This document shows positions 12,591 to 24,825 of a stretch of 64,000 nucleotides of DNA, piece by piece. The notes under the pieces were generated by a model that was not told the DNA's origin, did not search any database, and saw nothing but the letters and a program-made list of their open reading frames with translations. The stretch's first letter is position 1, and each line of letters begins with the position of its first letter. Source of the stretch: Blasia pusilla (Eukaryota); NCBI GenBank assembly GCA_050084515.1, contig CM114271.1, forward strand, positions 34,968,001 to 35,032,000, given 5' to 3'. The position numbers were made by a program, and so were the translations under genes.

Positions 12591-13608
12591 TGATGGACAT
12601 GTTTTGCTGGACTACAAACCAAGCGCTGTATCATTCACCATGCACGAATGTGACACCAATAGCTACTTCTGCAAATTAGCAAATGATATGGATTACATTG
12701 CTACATTTTCTGGAATACTCAATGCAAGTTTTCTGCCAGACTACGCAAATAATCTCACGTACAAACTTTGGTTCTTACATGAAAAAGTCTCAAAGTGGAC
12801 ACCATCCCCTAATCCGGCTTGTAATCCGTGGTCCCGGCTCATAATCAAGTTTGAACAAAATGCTTGCTAATGCTCGTGATCAAGTGCAAACAAAGCGATT
12901 GCTAATTGGCTCGTAATCCGATTCCAATCTCAGTTAATAATCTGATCTCTCCGCGCAACAAGCAAATCACGTTTCTCCCGCTCTTCTGGCTCCGTTCCAC
13001 GTTTGAACTAAACCCACTAATGCTGCCCTAATCCTTGCCCTAATCCCGACTGAACCCTAAGCGAGAAGCCTAATCCCATCGGCTCCGTTCCTGGCTCTCC
13101 ACCATCCAACCGTACATCGTCCGTCCCTCCAATAGACGGGGATGGACCCCAAACGACGTTGTCGCGACCTTCCCTCCCTCTTTTCCGAACTTAAAACCCA
13201 CGCCCAACGGAGCTCGACGTAGCCTCTACCCTACGCGACTTCAATGCATTTCCAAGACAAACTATGGGCTTCGAGTCTAGCTAGGTCATTCTAAGTCTCG
13301 AGTAGTGTACCCTGAGCACCCTATGCGAAGAAAATGAAAATGCGATTTATTAATGTTTTGTACTTTGGTGTGTGAAACCAAAAACTACACATATTTCCAC
13401 AAAATGTAAAATATGTGAAAAGGGAACGATATCAAAATGACATTCATACCAAAATTATTAGTTGGTTTATGTCATGCATAATTTTGAATTAAATTATTTT
13501 AAGTTATCTTATTGGTTTAGATATTGAGCAATTTTATTCGCTAAAAAAAATAGATATCAAAAGGAAAGGTGATTTCAAAATAAAGAGACATTTTTCAATA
13601 ATAATGCA

Positions 13609-13767
13609 CTAATAAGATACCCATGCAGTGCACGGAAATTAAAAAAAAGTGTTTGAAGAGCTTTTGTTAGTGAAAGAATTAATAATGATACACAAAAACT
13701 CAAAATTTGTTCTTCCTGCCCATAAAACGTGAGACATTTTTTTTCTTGTCCAATTACCACATGTCAA
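13609..13767 (-). mobile_element. Truncated copy of the ~200-bp non-autonomous Helitron family
   Basis: Aligns to 59104-59320 (ACTAATAAGATACCCATGCAGTGCACGG...GTGTTTGAAGAGC...GTGAGACATTTT...CCACATGTCAA). The 5' end is missing. Confidence 0.7.
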
Positions 13768-14649
13768 TACGGCCTTAAAAAAGAGTGTCAACAATCTTTT
13801 TTTTAAAGCCCTATGTTTTAATTTTAATTTAAAAAATTTAAATAATTTTAAATCTTAAAAGAGTAAGAAAATTTCACTTTTAAATAATACCCATCTCTTG
13901 TAAATAATTTCACTCCTCCGTAAAAGCTCAAACTATAACTATTCTTCCCCTTTCATTCTTCCCACCAAAATAACATTCACTAACCAAAATCTTAGTTAAT
14001 TTTTATTGACAAAATCATTTTCCTTTTCCATTCAAATTCATTTTCCTTTCCTGAAATATAATATTTCTATTTTCTAAAATCTTAGAAGAGTAATAATATT
14101 TCACTGTTCTTAGTAATTACAATCTTCCATTCAAATTTAAATGATATCCCAATACACTAAGTAGTTTTATCTTTCCATAAAATTTAAAAAAATCTATTCC
14201 TCCATTAAATTTTTAGTTAATTTCTCCATCAAATATGAATTGAGGTAAAAATTCTAAAATTTTGCTTACTTATCATATTAATTATATTTTATTAATATTT
14301 ATTATCATCCATTATAATATTAAATTAATTAATATATATTCCATTCAAATCTTTATTTGTTTCCTTTGTTCTATTTCTACACATCTGACATGGCTAAGGC
14401 AAAAAAATTCAAGAGTGTTAACTATTTTGTCTTATTATCTCACTATCTTGCATATGTGGTTGCCAATTATTATAGAGATATTATATAGACCATGATTTTG
14501 ATGGTCATACCTCAAACCCTATGATTTCGGCCTTCCTAGATCATCTTGGACTTCAAAATTCCAAACCAATGCATGAACAATTCTTCTCTTGTTCTCTTGT
14601 TGTACTAAACCTTAAACAACTCTTCTCTTTTATTTAATTTTTCAAAGGT

Positions 14650-14811
14650 CTAGTGGGCAACTCTTGCCATGCACGGAAGTGAAGGGACCAATCATGTTGG
14701 ACACAAAATATCTTCTTGCTTGTAGAGGAGGAAACATTTTCTTGGGGTTGCCACATGTCAAACAAATAGGTGTTAACAAATCAAGAAGGCACTCTCCAAT
14801 AATAGTATAGA
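14650..14811 (-). mobile_element. Internally deleted copy of the same non-autonomous Helitron
   Basis: On the minus strand it starts TCTATACTATTATTGGAGAGTGCCTTCTTGATTTG and ends CTAG. Confidence 0.7.
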
Positions 14812-15305
14812 TTATTCACAATCTTCAAAATTATGATATGAAATAAAGAGTAATAATTTTGCAAAGCCTATGTTCAAATACGCTTAGGAGAAAGAAGGAG
14901 AGGAAGAATGTGGACAAAGAAAAAAAATAGTAGGGATGATATGTACTTGTCCCAAAATCCACAAAAATAATTATTATTTTATCCCAAATAAGGATTCATG
15001 CACAAATGTCACTTTCTCATATGGAACTCTAAATATCGTTGTATTACACTACTTTGATTTAGACCCTTGAGCTTGCGTAATATCAAACTCTACCAAAACA
15101 CACCCTAAATGAATTGGCCCGATCTGAATATCATAATTTTTTTCATAGATAAAGAGCAACAGACATGGAGCATCAAAATGGCAACTTATTAATTTTTTTT
15201 ATAAATGTCTTATAATTGGTAAATTCAAACATAAACTAACATAACTAAACTTTTGGACTTTGAATCGTAATAGAGATGCATGTGAGGTTTACATGGTCTC
15301 TCTTA

Positions 15306-15518
15306 GGGCTTCATCCCATGAGTGAAGAAAGTCTCCAATATTTTCTGTGCCCAAAAATTTTGGGCGCGGAATTGGTCCAACGTCGTGGTAGTCATATTTG
15401 ACGGAGGACCAAAAGTAATAAGCTAGGACCAATTTTTTTGGCTCCATCAATCGTTGGATAATCGTTTAGGGTGCAAAAAATGGCCACGACCTCCACATGT
15501 GTTCATGGGATCGGCCCC
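15306..15518. mobile_element. Tourist-like (PIF/Harbinger) MITE, 213 bp
   Basis: Imperfect 16-bp TIRs GGGCTTCATCCCATGA / rc GGGGCCGATCCCATGA, flanked by TTA on both sides. Confidence 0.6.
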
Positions 15519-16132
15519 TTAATGTCGCTCATGCCGTGACAAACTCATCGCGATATAATACAATGATATCTCATACACACGCATCAGTAAGCATGCCCAT
15601 GCGTTGCCCCGACATCAAAACTTAACTTTAAAAGACCCCACTTCCTTGGGTTCTGAGTTGGAAAATACATAGAAACTAAGTTTAGTCGTTACCTTTGCAA
15701 CCCTGGAAGGAATAATTTTGGATATTATGATTCTCGCAATCTCGCCAATCCCACCTCGTGCGCCTACTCTCCTTGAACGTCAATCTCTAGTATTGCAGAA
15801 GCGTACGTTCAGTAGGACACGCTCTTATCTCCGACCTGCACCCAAACGCACTCACATTAGTCTGGCTTTGGGTTAAGCGGCCTTCCAACCCACCGAGTCC
15901 TCAACTCGGCATCTCAATAAGCTCAACCTTTCTTACTTCCTAGGTTCCCAAGATGGCAAGTCCTTCAAGACTTGAACATACTTTTTGGTTAGTCTAGGAA
16001 CCTAAAATGGCAACTGCACGCCTAGCGGTTCCAATTGTTCAACGGACCTCGTACGAGTTCCTAACCGGGACTCAAGTAATTGAATCGCGGGTTGGAATCC
16101 AAGAGGCATCTCTAAGAATCACCTCAATAGAC

Positions 16133-16745
16133 TTAGTATAGGTTTTCAAGCCCAACTCTAAACTCCGGATCCGTTCCATGCTCTTGAGCCGCCCTGTAGC
16201 GCCCAAAGTGGAGTTCGAGTCCCAAGCACCCTTGGAGACCTTCCCCCTTACTAGTACTTTTGGGGATCTCCAAACAACCCCTACCTTTGAAAAGAATGGT
16301 CGGGCCCTTCATTGTGGCCCTCAACCCGACTCTACTTACAGTCATTTTTGGGTTTTTTCTCATCCGCTTCTAGTGCGTTTTCAAAGATCTTTAGTGCGTA
16401 TGAACCGGATTTTTATAAGCTTTCCAACGCATCTTATTAGTCCCAAACGCATCTTGGCTCTAAAAGTTATGGCCATAAATACAGTCGGAAACTCTCAAAC
16501 GCTAGTGGCATCCCAAATCCGGATTCCTCCCTTTGGCAACCCACTTCCTAGACTTGACTCCTTTCAAGTCTTGATTCGCGTTTGGTCCAGGTTTCTAATC
16601 GTGACCATAACACATCAAACGCGAAGCCTTACTTGTGTCTCGTCTCTTCTCTGAGACCACTCCAATGCGCAAACCATCTTAGCATGAGCCCGCTAGTGTT
16701 CCGATGTTTCGCTTTGGCACTCGTTTGGTCATGAGGGTCGCGACA
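16133..16745 (-). mobile_element. LTR-like fragment, family 2 (starts TGTCGCGACCCTCATGACC on the minus strand); may extend further left
   Basis: Reverse-complement similarity to 19257-19875, and a TG-initiated terminus at 16745. Confidence 0.55.
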
Positions 16746-16989
16746 TCCCAGGTATTATCTTCCAATTAATCTCCACTCCCTCCTTGTACCAGATTTCATG
16801 GTGCTTGTGTCTCTCACGACATACGAGTTCTGGATGAAGTGCAAGTAGGAGTGAGATACCTTGGCTCCTAGGCTCCATCGCAAGTATGAGATTAGAAATC
16901 CAAGTTGAAAATGGTGATCAAAATCGAGGCGCTTGGTAGCAAACATAAGTGTCATTAAGATAGAGAGACATTTGAAAGCACCCTGGTCC

Positions 16990-17346
16990 TATCTCACACA
17001 CAACAAGAGAGGTGCTCCAACGGCCCAACATGAGAAAGATGGCTTGGGAAAGCCATCTTCCTCCCTTATATAGGGTTGGGAAGAGCCAAAAGGCTCTTGC
17101 CCTAAAAATAGCTATCCTCCTTGTAACTTGCCCGCACAAGTTACCAAGAGCGGGTGACCTGCTCAACAAGTCACCCAACTGTGAAAGATCTCAATAGGAA
17201 AGTTTTCAGAAACGATGTTTCTCACAAAATGGACCTATCCTCAATCTCATCCGACACCTCGGGACAAAGTTACACTCAAGATAGTCTGTTGGCTCTTATG
17301 CCCTATCCACGATAGATCTCGCCCTATCAACTACTCAGATGTGACA
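16990..17346 (-). mobile_element. Partial Ty3/gypsy LTR related to the LTRs at 46782 and 49060
   Basis: Shares CAACATGAGAAAGATGGCTT..AAAGCCATCT, GGGAAGAGCCAAAA.GCTCTT, CATCCGACA..TCGGGAC.AAGTTACAC and the AGATGTGACA terminus. Confidence 0.8.
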
Positions 17347-18100
17347 CGTGTTTTCTTATAAATCTACCTACTACTTTTGACAATGCACGATATGATACAA
17401 AAATTTCAGAGAACGCAGCCCCTCTACAATGCAATCACTTCCCCTCTCTGTAGCCGCACTTAGAGAACTGCCTTCTGTCGCCTCTTCCATGTCTTTAACT
17501 TTTCAATGAAATGAATTAATGAATCATGTGCGTAATGCAAGCTCTCTACAAAGAATGGAGTCGGTTGTCTCCACTACCTCGCTTGCATAGCTACCATCAA
17601 TCTCCCCTTCCACAACTACTGCTTTTCAATAAAGTGAATGAGCTATGTAATGAGGACCCTTGATGATACAATCTGTCCCTTCCAACACCTCACTTGCTCG
17701 CAAGACAAATAGGAGAGCGCATTCAAGATCATAGAGGGGAAGTGACTCCATTGTAGAGGGGCTTCCTTATGTGAATTTTTTGTATTATATTGTGCATTAC
17801 CTAAATTAGTAGGTAGATTTATAAGAAAACATGTGTCATATCTGAGTAGTCGATAGGCCGAGATCTATCGTGGATAGGGCAAAGGAGCCAACGTATTGTC
17901 TTGAGTGTAACTTTGTCTTGAGGTGTCGGATGAGGTTGAGGATAGGTCTGTTGTGTGAGGAACATCATTTCTGACAACTTTCCTATTAAGGTCTTTCACA
18001 GTCAAGTGACTTGTTGAGCAAGTCACCCGCCCCTGGTAACTTGTGCGCGTAGGTTATCAGGAGGATAGTTATTTTTAGGGCAAGAGCCTTTTGGCTCTTC
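17080..18100. repeat. Palindromic duplication: arms 17080-17450 and 17730-18100, 279-bp spacer
   Basis: Gap-free reverse-complement alignment at ~85-90% identity by eye. Confidence 0.95.
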
Positions 18101-19256
18101 ATTGCTGCCGATCCACAATTTTGACCATGCAACATTGCAAGCTCAAAATGCTTCACTTTTGAAAATTCCTGTGATTAGATGGCCGAGATCCTCGTGCCGG
18201 GAAATGATAGGTCCAATATTTAAAACCTCGCTTGTTCCAATCTTATGAGTTTACATTTGTGAAAGTAGTAAAAAATCTCTGATCAAACTGTGAGCATCTT
18301 TTCCGAAAACTTGTGCATGGGCATCAATACGATAGGCACAACGTTTGCATCACTCAGGGATTCATCGGAGAGGCCCTCGATCTCTTGGCTATGGCGCGGC
18401 GTTGGATTGTGCTAGAGCTCGATTAGATCCAGAGTTGGGAACGCAAATGGCTGCTTAATGCAAATGGTATCTCCTTGACCAAGAATATACTTCTCAACAT
18501 CTGTCTGAGAGATGAATCCCCGATGTACTTAATGTCTGCCAGAGGGATGAATTGCTGAAATAGTCAATGTCTGTTGGATTTATTGTGCATCTGTTGAATT
18601 TTCTACGTGTGTTGGATTTAGTGCGGGGTGTGTGATGAATTGCTATATCAGCGAATCAAAATTTTCACCCTCATCACAAAGACATAGACAGAGAGGGGCG
18701 CCACGGATCGACTGTGAGATTTCATGGATCAAACCAAAGAGGCAAATAGGAAGAATCATGCATCAATATGCAACACCCAAGGGACGTCTACTTGGTAATG
18801 CAACTTCCTCTTACTATTCACAGTATTAGAAATATAGTGTGAAACAAGAATCTAGCTTTGCAGCGTGGTCTATGGGAGACGATTGAAGAGCTTTGAGATT
18901 CCTTTCTAACAACACTATGAGATCCAAGCAAGCATATTCTAAGTCCAAGCAAAAAGGTGGTAAAAAAATCACCTCCAACGTCGTTGCCAGGCTCCAATGT
19001 CCCTCCAACCACGCCTATTCACACAAAACTCCACACTTCCAATTCTCACAACTCCACCTTGCAATTTCGACTTCTTTGACTCCAACTTTGGCCCCAAATT
19101 AGCTATTGGAGGAGTCTGAGTTATACCAAAGTTAATTTATGGACTATTACACACCTATGTGTGGATACAGGATCTCAGTAATTCACATCTAACATACAAA
19201 AATATATGTGGTCGTAAAGTCCCTTTAAACCTCCAATGAACACACTACAGGCATTC

Positions 19257-19875
19257 TATCGTGACCCTCATAACCAAGCGTCAAGCGGAACATGCAAACT
19301 CTAGCGGGCTCATGCTAGGATGGTTTGTGTGTTGGAGTAGTCTCTTGGAAGAGATGCTAGAGACACAAGAGATGAGATGCGAACAAGGTTGAGCATTTCA
19401 TGTGTTTAATAGGAAACATGGATCAAACGTGAACCAAGACTTGATGAGGAGTTGAGTCTAGGAAGGTTGGTTGCCAAAGAGGTAAGAACCGGATTTGGAA
19501 CATGACTAGAATTTGGGGTTTCAATTATAATTTGGACCATAACTTCTAGCCTTGAGATGAGTTTGGGACAAGTAAGGTGGCTTATGCAAAGCCACTTCCA
19601 ACGCACGAAAGATATCAGTAAACGCAAAGGTAGAGGCTGAGATATTGGCCAAAAAATTTGTTTAGGGAGTTAGGTTGAGGGCCAAAATGAGGGGCATGAG
19701 GGTCTCTTCCCCAAAGGTAAGGGGAGGGCGGAGATCCCCAGAAGTACTAATAACAAGGAAGGTCTCAAAGAGTGCTTGGGACTCGAACCCCACTTTGAGG
19801 CGTTGTAGGGTGACCCAAGGGTATGGAATGGATCGGGAGTTTTAGCGTTGGGATTCGAAACTCGAACAACCTACA
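19257..19875 (+). mobile_element. LTR-like fragment, family 2, in opposite orientation to 16133-16745
   Basis: TATCGTGACCCTCATAACCAA...CTAGCGGGCTCATGCTAGGATGGTTTG...GTGCTTGGGACTCGAACCCCACTTTG matches the reverse complement of the 16-kb copy. Confidence 0.6.
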
Positions 19876-19886
19876 TAAAAGACAAA

Positions 19887-20085
19887 TCTATATTATCATG
19901 GGAGAGTGCCTTCTTCATTTGCAAACACCTCTATGTTTGACACGTGGCCACTTGGTAAGAAAAAAACGGTCACACGGTATGGACAGCAAGGAAAATTTGA
20001 ATTTGTTCGCAACATCATTAATCTTTCCTTTCACGGGCTATAAACTTTTCAAACACATTTTTTATTTCCATGGGCACTTTACTAA
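19887..20085 (+). mobile_element. Non-autonomous Helitron copy (3' hairpin partly deleted)
   Basis: A|TCTATATTATCATGGGAGAGTGCCTTCTT ... CATGGGCACTTTACTAA|T shows a 5' TC, a 3' CTRR and an AT target site. Confidence 0.8.
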
Positions 20086-20792
20086 TAATTGATGCTAGTG
20101 AGGTGCTCCGCACATGTAAATTTCAAATTTAAAAATATTCATCATTAGCTCTCCTCGACCATAAACGATTAGAAGTTTGGAGAACGGAAAAAAAACCCAC
20201 ATACATATATTTTAGGGAGAAAAAAAAATTCGAATTTGATTGACATGTGTCGAACTAGGAGGAGATCTAAATCAAGAAGGGTTCAATAATAATAATAATG
20301 TCCAAATTTGCCATCCATTTCCAATGATAATAAAGCCATAAAATTTAGGCGCCGCCATAAGGTGGGCCCCTTACTGGTCAAGTTTAAAGCAACAACTTTC
20401 CGAAGGATGTCCCGAACTTCGTAGATGTTCTGCCGGCAATAGAACGTTCACGCGACATTGCTCTTACGGAATTTCCAAGCATCCATGAAATCCCGGAATT
20501 GACACCCCCATTAAATCGCTCACTGCACCAGGGTCCGGGGAGTTTTTGGTGACAACCGGTAAAACCGAGCGGCAATTTTCGAATTTTTCTTCATGCCGGC
20601 CGGCTAAATAGATACAAATACAAAGGAAACCGGTAAGTGAGAAATCGGAAATTCTCAAATTCTTCCGACCAGCTCAACACGTAACCCCGGTAAAGGTTCA
20701 GGGCTTTGCGCACTCTCTGGTGCAGGCAGTCTCTGAGTTTCCCTCCGAAGTTGTTGCGGTGGAGGGATAGATTGAGTGCGTGGGCTGTGGAG

Positions 20793-23000
20793 ATGGAGAT
20801 GGCGATGGCGTTGAGTTGGCCCTCGGGCCCGTGTTCAAGTCTCTCGTTCTCGTCCTCTCTCGGCGCGTCCGCGAGTCGATCTGAGCGCTCGCGCCACGGG
20901 AGGAGACTGCGGGCGGACGTCTGCCAGAAGCTGCGGAGAATTGCAATTCCTGGGGCTTGGGATTCGACGCGGAGCCAGAAATCGAAGTCACGGGGTTTAG
21001 CTTTTCGTCTTTCAATAACAGCAGCCACCAAGGAGGCTCCTCAAAATGTGGACTTGCCTTCCGTGCTCCCCAAAAGAAAGAAGAAGCCCAAGGCGACGTC
21101 CAGGAAAATCAAGAAGAGCAGGCGTCCGGCGTCATGGGTGGAGCCTATTCCGAAGGCGCCTGCGAATGGTATGTTGGTTCAGTCGCTCATCCCCGTGGCT
21201 CATGAGGTGATGCGCGCGAAGGCGATCGTGGAGAACGGTGTCAATCACCTCATGGAATCTATACCTGTCAAGACTTGCAGGTACAAGCAGAGGCGTTGTG
21301 GCCGGATGAGAGTCTAGAGCTGTCGAGGTAGGGTTTTTAGGGCTGGATATTTCTTTCGTGCTGGGCTGGACAGAGATAGCCTCATGGCACCTGTGGGACG
21401 GACGATTCGCAGTTTATCGGAATTATCAATTTCCTTCGTGTGATCTTGTGGTGTTTGCAGGTACTGCACGGAGACTCATGTTGGACCCATTGGACATAAT
21501 CTGGCTACCTGTCGTGGCCCGAGTGCTGATCGGCGACATTCTCGCCATGTTTGGATAAAAGGGACTGTTGACGACGTCATTGTACCAGTAGAAGCGTACC
21601 ATCTTGCAGATAGACTGGATGCACCCATAACTCATGAGCAGCGTTTTGATGTCGAGAGGATTTTAGCTATCGATGAACTTTGCATACAAGCAGGTGTAAA
21701 TGTGCCCGAGTACCCGACAAAGAGATACACGGAACCTGTTCTGCCTACCACCAGAAAGAAACGGGAGGATGCCGAATGGATGGGAGACGGGAAATTTATG
21801 GGATACACAATTAATAGAAGCAGGCTTTCAAGCATTGAACCTTCGAATTCCTCGTATGGGACTGGCTTTGTGGAAGAGGTGAACACTGTTGATAGTCGTT
21901 TAGAGGAGTGGGCTGATGAAACTCTATCTACTGTAGTAACTGACACGGATATAGATTCAGGAGACGTCTCCTATGACTCTGAAGCTTCCTCCAGCTTCAA
22001 ACGCTCGGAAGACGAAGAAGAGAAGAAGAAGAAGAAGAAGAAGAAGAAGAAGAAGAAGAAGAAGAAGAAGATGATGATGATGATGATAACGAAGCAGATA
22101 CCAGTGGGAGCCAGGATAATGGGGAGAGTCGTTATGATACTATCAATAAATCTGCAATTGAAGTAGAGGCAATGCCTTTGCTTGAAATTTATGATGAAGA
22201 CGACCTACAATCTGTCGCAGAGAAAACATTAATAGCATGGGATACTATGCGAGGAGGCGCAAAGAAGCTGATGACCAAGTATCGGGTAGTCTCCTGTGGG
22301 TGAGTCTGCCACCTTTGTCTGTTCTCGATTTTGGTCATTTTCCGCCAATTATCATTGTGACTCGTAGCCTGTCATTTCCTGGTGCTTTTCTTCTGCAGTT
22401 CTGGTATGATCAGTGTTCTGCAATTTCTGATCATTCCAAGACTGTTGCCCTTCACCGAAGGACTGTCAATTCGACTCTTACCCCCTGTACTTGTACGTAG
22501 TTGTACTGATGTTCCTGAGTTATAAGGGAATTCGGTTTTTCTCGCCCAAGCCGGTTCTCTCTTTTTAAGATACGGTCTAAGATGTCTCATACGCACAGTG
22601 CAGATGTGTCCTATGCATATTTCCAGGCAGAAACCCAATGAAGATGCCCGTCTTATTTAATTAGTTCTAATCTCTGTCCAGGTACTGTCCAGAGGTTCAC
22701 GTAGGACCAAGAGGCCATAGAGCGAAAAATTGTGGAGCATTCAAACACCAGTGGCGGGATGGTAAACACGGATGGCAAGATGCGCCTTTGGATGAGTTCA
22801 TCCATCCTCAGTTTGTCTGGCATGTTCGAGATGTTGATGGACCCCCGTTGGAAAGTGCACTTAAAAGGTTCTACGGGAAGGCTCCTGCGGTGGTGGAACT
22901 CTGCGTCCAAGCAGGTGCAGCTGTGCCGGAGAAACATAAACCTTTGATGCGGCTGGACATAGCAATCCCTACTCTTGACGAGCTGGAGCACGTTGTGTAA
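20793..23000 (+). CDS. APO: APO (Accumulation of Photosystem One) family zinc-binding RNA-binding protein; exons 20793-21280, 21461-22299, 22682-23000; 1-bp frameshift at ~22021
   Basis: Contains PQNVDLP..PKRKKKP, PANGMLVQSLIPVA and two APO domains (CRYCTETHVGPIGH...ELCIQAGV; CGYCPEVHVGPRGHRAKNC...FYGKAPAVVELCVQAGA). GT-AG junctions are in phase. Total 1646 nt, one base short of 549 codons. Paralog number not assigned. Confidence 0.92.
22014..22087 (+). repeat. (GAA)n(GAT)n coding microsatellite
   Basis: Direct observation. Encodes poly-Glu/Asp in the restored frame. Confidence 0.95.
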
Positions 23001-24472
23001 CAGGACAAATCTGTGTATCTTACGAAGACCGACACGGGCTATGAGCAAATGGCCTCTTGCTGCAGTTCACTTCTCGTTTCAATAGCAAACTCAGGTCACC
23101 TTGGACATCATTCCTGTACTTAACAAGCATCTTCAGTCTTGTTTCTTGGTTTGGACTAGGTAACTGAATCCCATCAAAGTAGTGTTGGATAGGAATAAGA
23201 CGTTACACGACAGAAGTCTCACCCTCTGTTCTATTGCTAGGGTCTCTCAACCCCAAAACATTAATAGAATCTATAGGAACGGTTCACAGGTTCGGGAATT
23301 GCAGAAAAGCTGCCATGCCCATAAATTCAGCACCGGTAACACTGACCACTCCTATGGATCACGCTGGACATCCTGTACTCATAGTAGAAGAAAACGCTAT
23401 CAGGTGTAAAGACTATAGAGGTCATTACTGAGAGTCTTCCATTCTCAGCAGGGTGACCCTTATGTACAATCTAGAGCATGGATGAATACGACAACGATGG
23501 TTGTGATGGGGCAGTTTGTCAAGTCCCATGACAAACGATATGGAGCTATGGTCTGTTGGCGTCACCTGCATCCGTAATGAAGATTGACGACGCAAAAGTT
23601 GTGTTCTCTATGGTCGTTTTCGGATGTCACCTTTTTCGCTTAAGTTGTGACACATCCACAGAGCTCTTGTTGAAACAATGGCAGTTTCTCTGTCACGATA
23701 CACATATACCCACTCACGTCAATTCTACTGAAAACTCAAAATCAGTGGCTTTCTTTGCTCAGGCACACCTGTCGATAGCTCTCAGAGCGGGTGGCCCAAC
23801 GCGCTATGGTGGGAGCATCCATTGACGAAGAGACCCCCCCCCTTGAGAGTACTTGGAGGTTGCGCAGAACAGTGGCAACAATTCTTCCCGATTGCTGCCC
23901 TGTGGAGATTTCAGCAGAGTCGAGATTTTCAGCTCGAGATTGGCTCTCTGGTTGGTTCCCGGCCTCTTATGTTAGGACATCTTTCCTCGGGGATTCCTGG
24001 CCTTCATGGTTCCTTCGTGTTAACCGTTTATGTTACCACAGGAGAAAAAGAGAGAAATAAAAGGGTGATGGAGAAAGTGGGACTAAGGAGTGGAGTTGGA
24101 GGCCACACATGATGGGTGAAAGAAAAAGGTGTGCCTTCCAAGTTGAATCCCACCAGCAGTAGGAGACAGTATTGGTTGTATCACGAGAAACATTATTACC
24201 ATTAATAAGATATGTAATAGTGGTATCTTCCAAGGTTTGAGCCCGGCTCTAAAACCAGTTGGTTGGGTTTGTTACAAAGTTATGAAGACATATTGTCTAC
24301 AGGAAAGGGTTGTAGTAGTTGAGGACAATTGACTCCTTGAATGCAAGTGATGAGTGGAGTTGGTGACGAATGGGTCAAACCTCTTCCCCATAATCCCATA
24401 CATCTTTATAGTTCATAACCCCATACATCTCTACGGTTAGGCAGATGAATTGATGTCCTTCGCGAAATTAGT

Positions 24473-24825
24473 TTAAAGATAGGCCTTCTTTGCCACGGTG
24501 ACTCCTTGTACCACATATGCTTGTATAGACTCCCGTGTAGGATTCGTCACTACAACATTGACCATCACCACCTCAACCACTTGGTCATATACATCAACAC
24601 GAAGAAGAGAATCCCATTTGGAATAGTGCCCTTCTCTTTGTATGCGGAAGCCCCTCTTGTGAACAATACAAAATATGATATCCCCCACAACATTATGAGC
24701 GACAGTCCTCTCACCCTTTATCGAACAACATGTCAAATGCACACTAAGAGAATTCAGACTATGACGTGCGACATGGTGTGACGAACCAACCACTGACGGT
24801 TGGGGGAGACCCACTTGAAACCAAA
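24473..24825 (-). mobile_element. Remnant C-terminal CCHC/restriction-like endonuclease region of a CRE-like non-LTR retrotransposon
   Basis: GLPQPSVVG..HLTCCSIKGERTVAHNVVGD...GFRIQRE...RVDV...VNVVVTNPTR resembles the HLxxC..GER...HD..RD / RxD / DVxxxDP pattern of RLE domains. Confidence 0.65.

Larger units (their letters stand above)
2019..13312 (-). mobile_element. Decayed Mutator-like element (MULE) with captured host fragment and convergent accessory gene; boundaries approximate
   Basis: MULE transposase pseudogene on the minus strand. A ~40-bp subterminal inverted repeat (2233-2272 vs 13117-13156, about 32/40 identity) and weak terminal GGGTATGCTAC / GGGTACACTAC matches. No TSD found. 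Confidence 0.6.

Noticed and set aside
22021-22166. Poly-Lys/poly-Met protein tail in ORF 21702-22166
   Set aside because: Out-of-frame reading of the GAA/GAT repeat after a 1-bp indel.
24240-24275. Degenerate tRNA-Met PBS (rc of GGCTCTAAAACCAG)
   Set aside because: Two mismatches to TGGTATCAGAGCC and no supporting LTR pair or gag.
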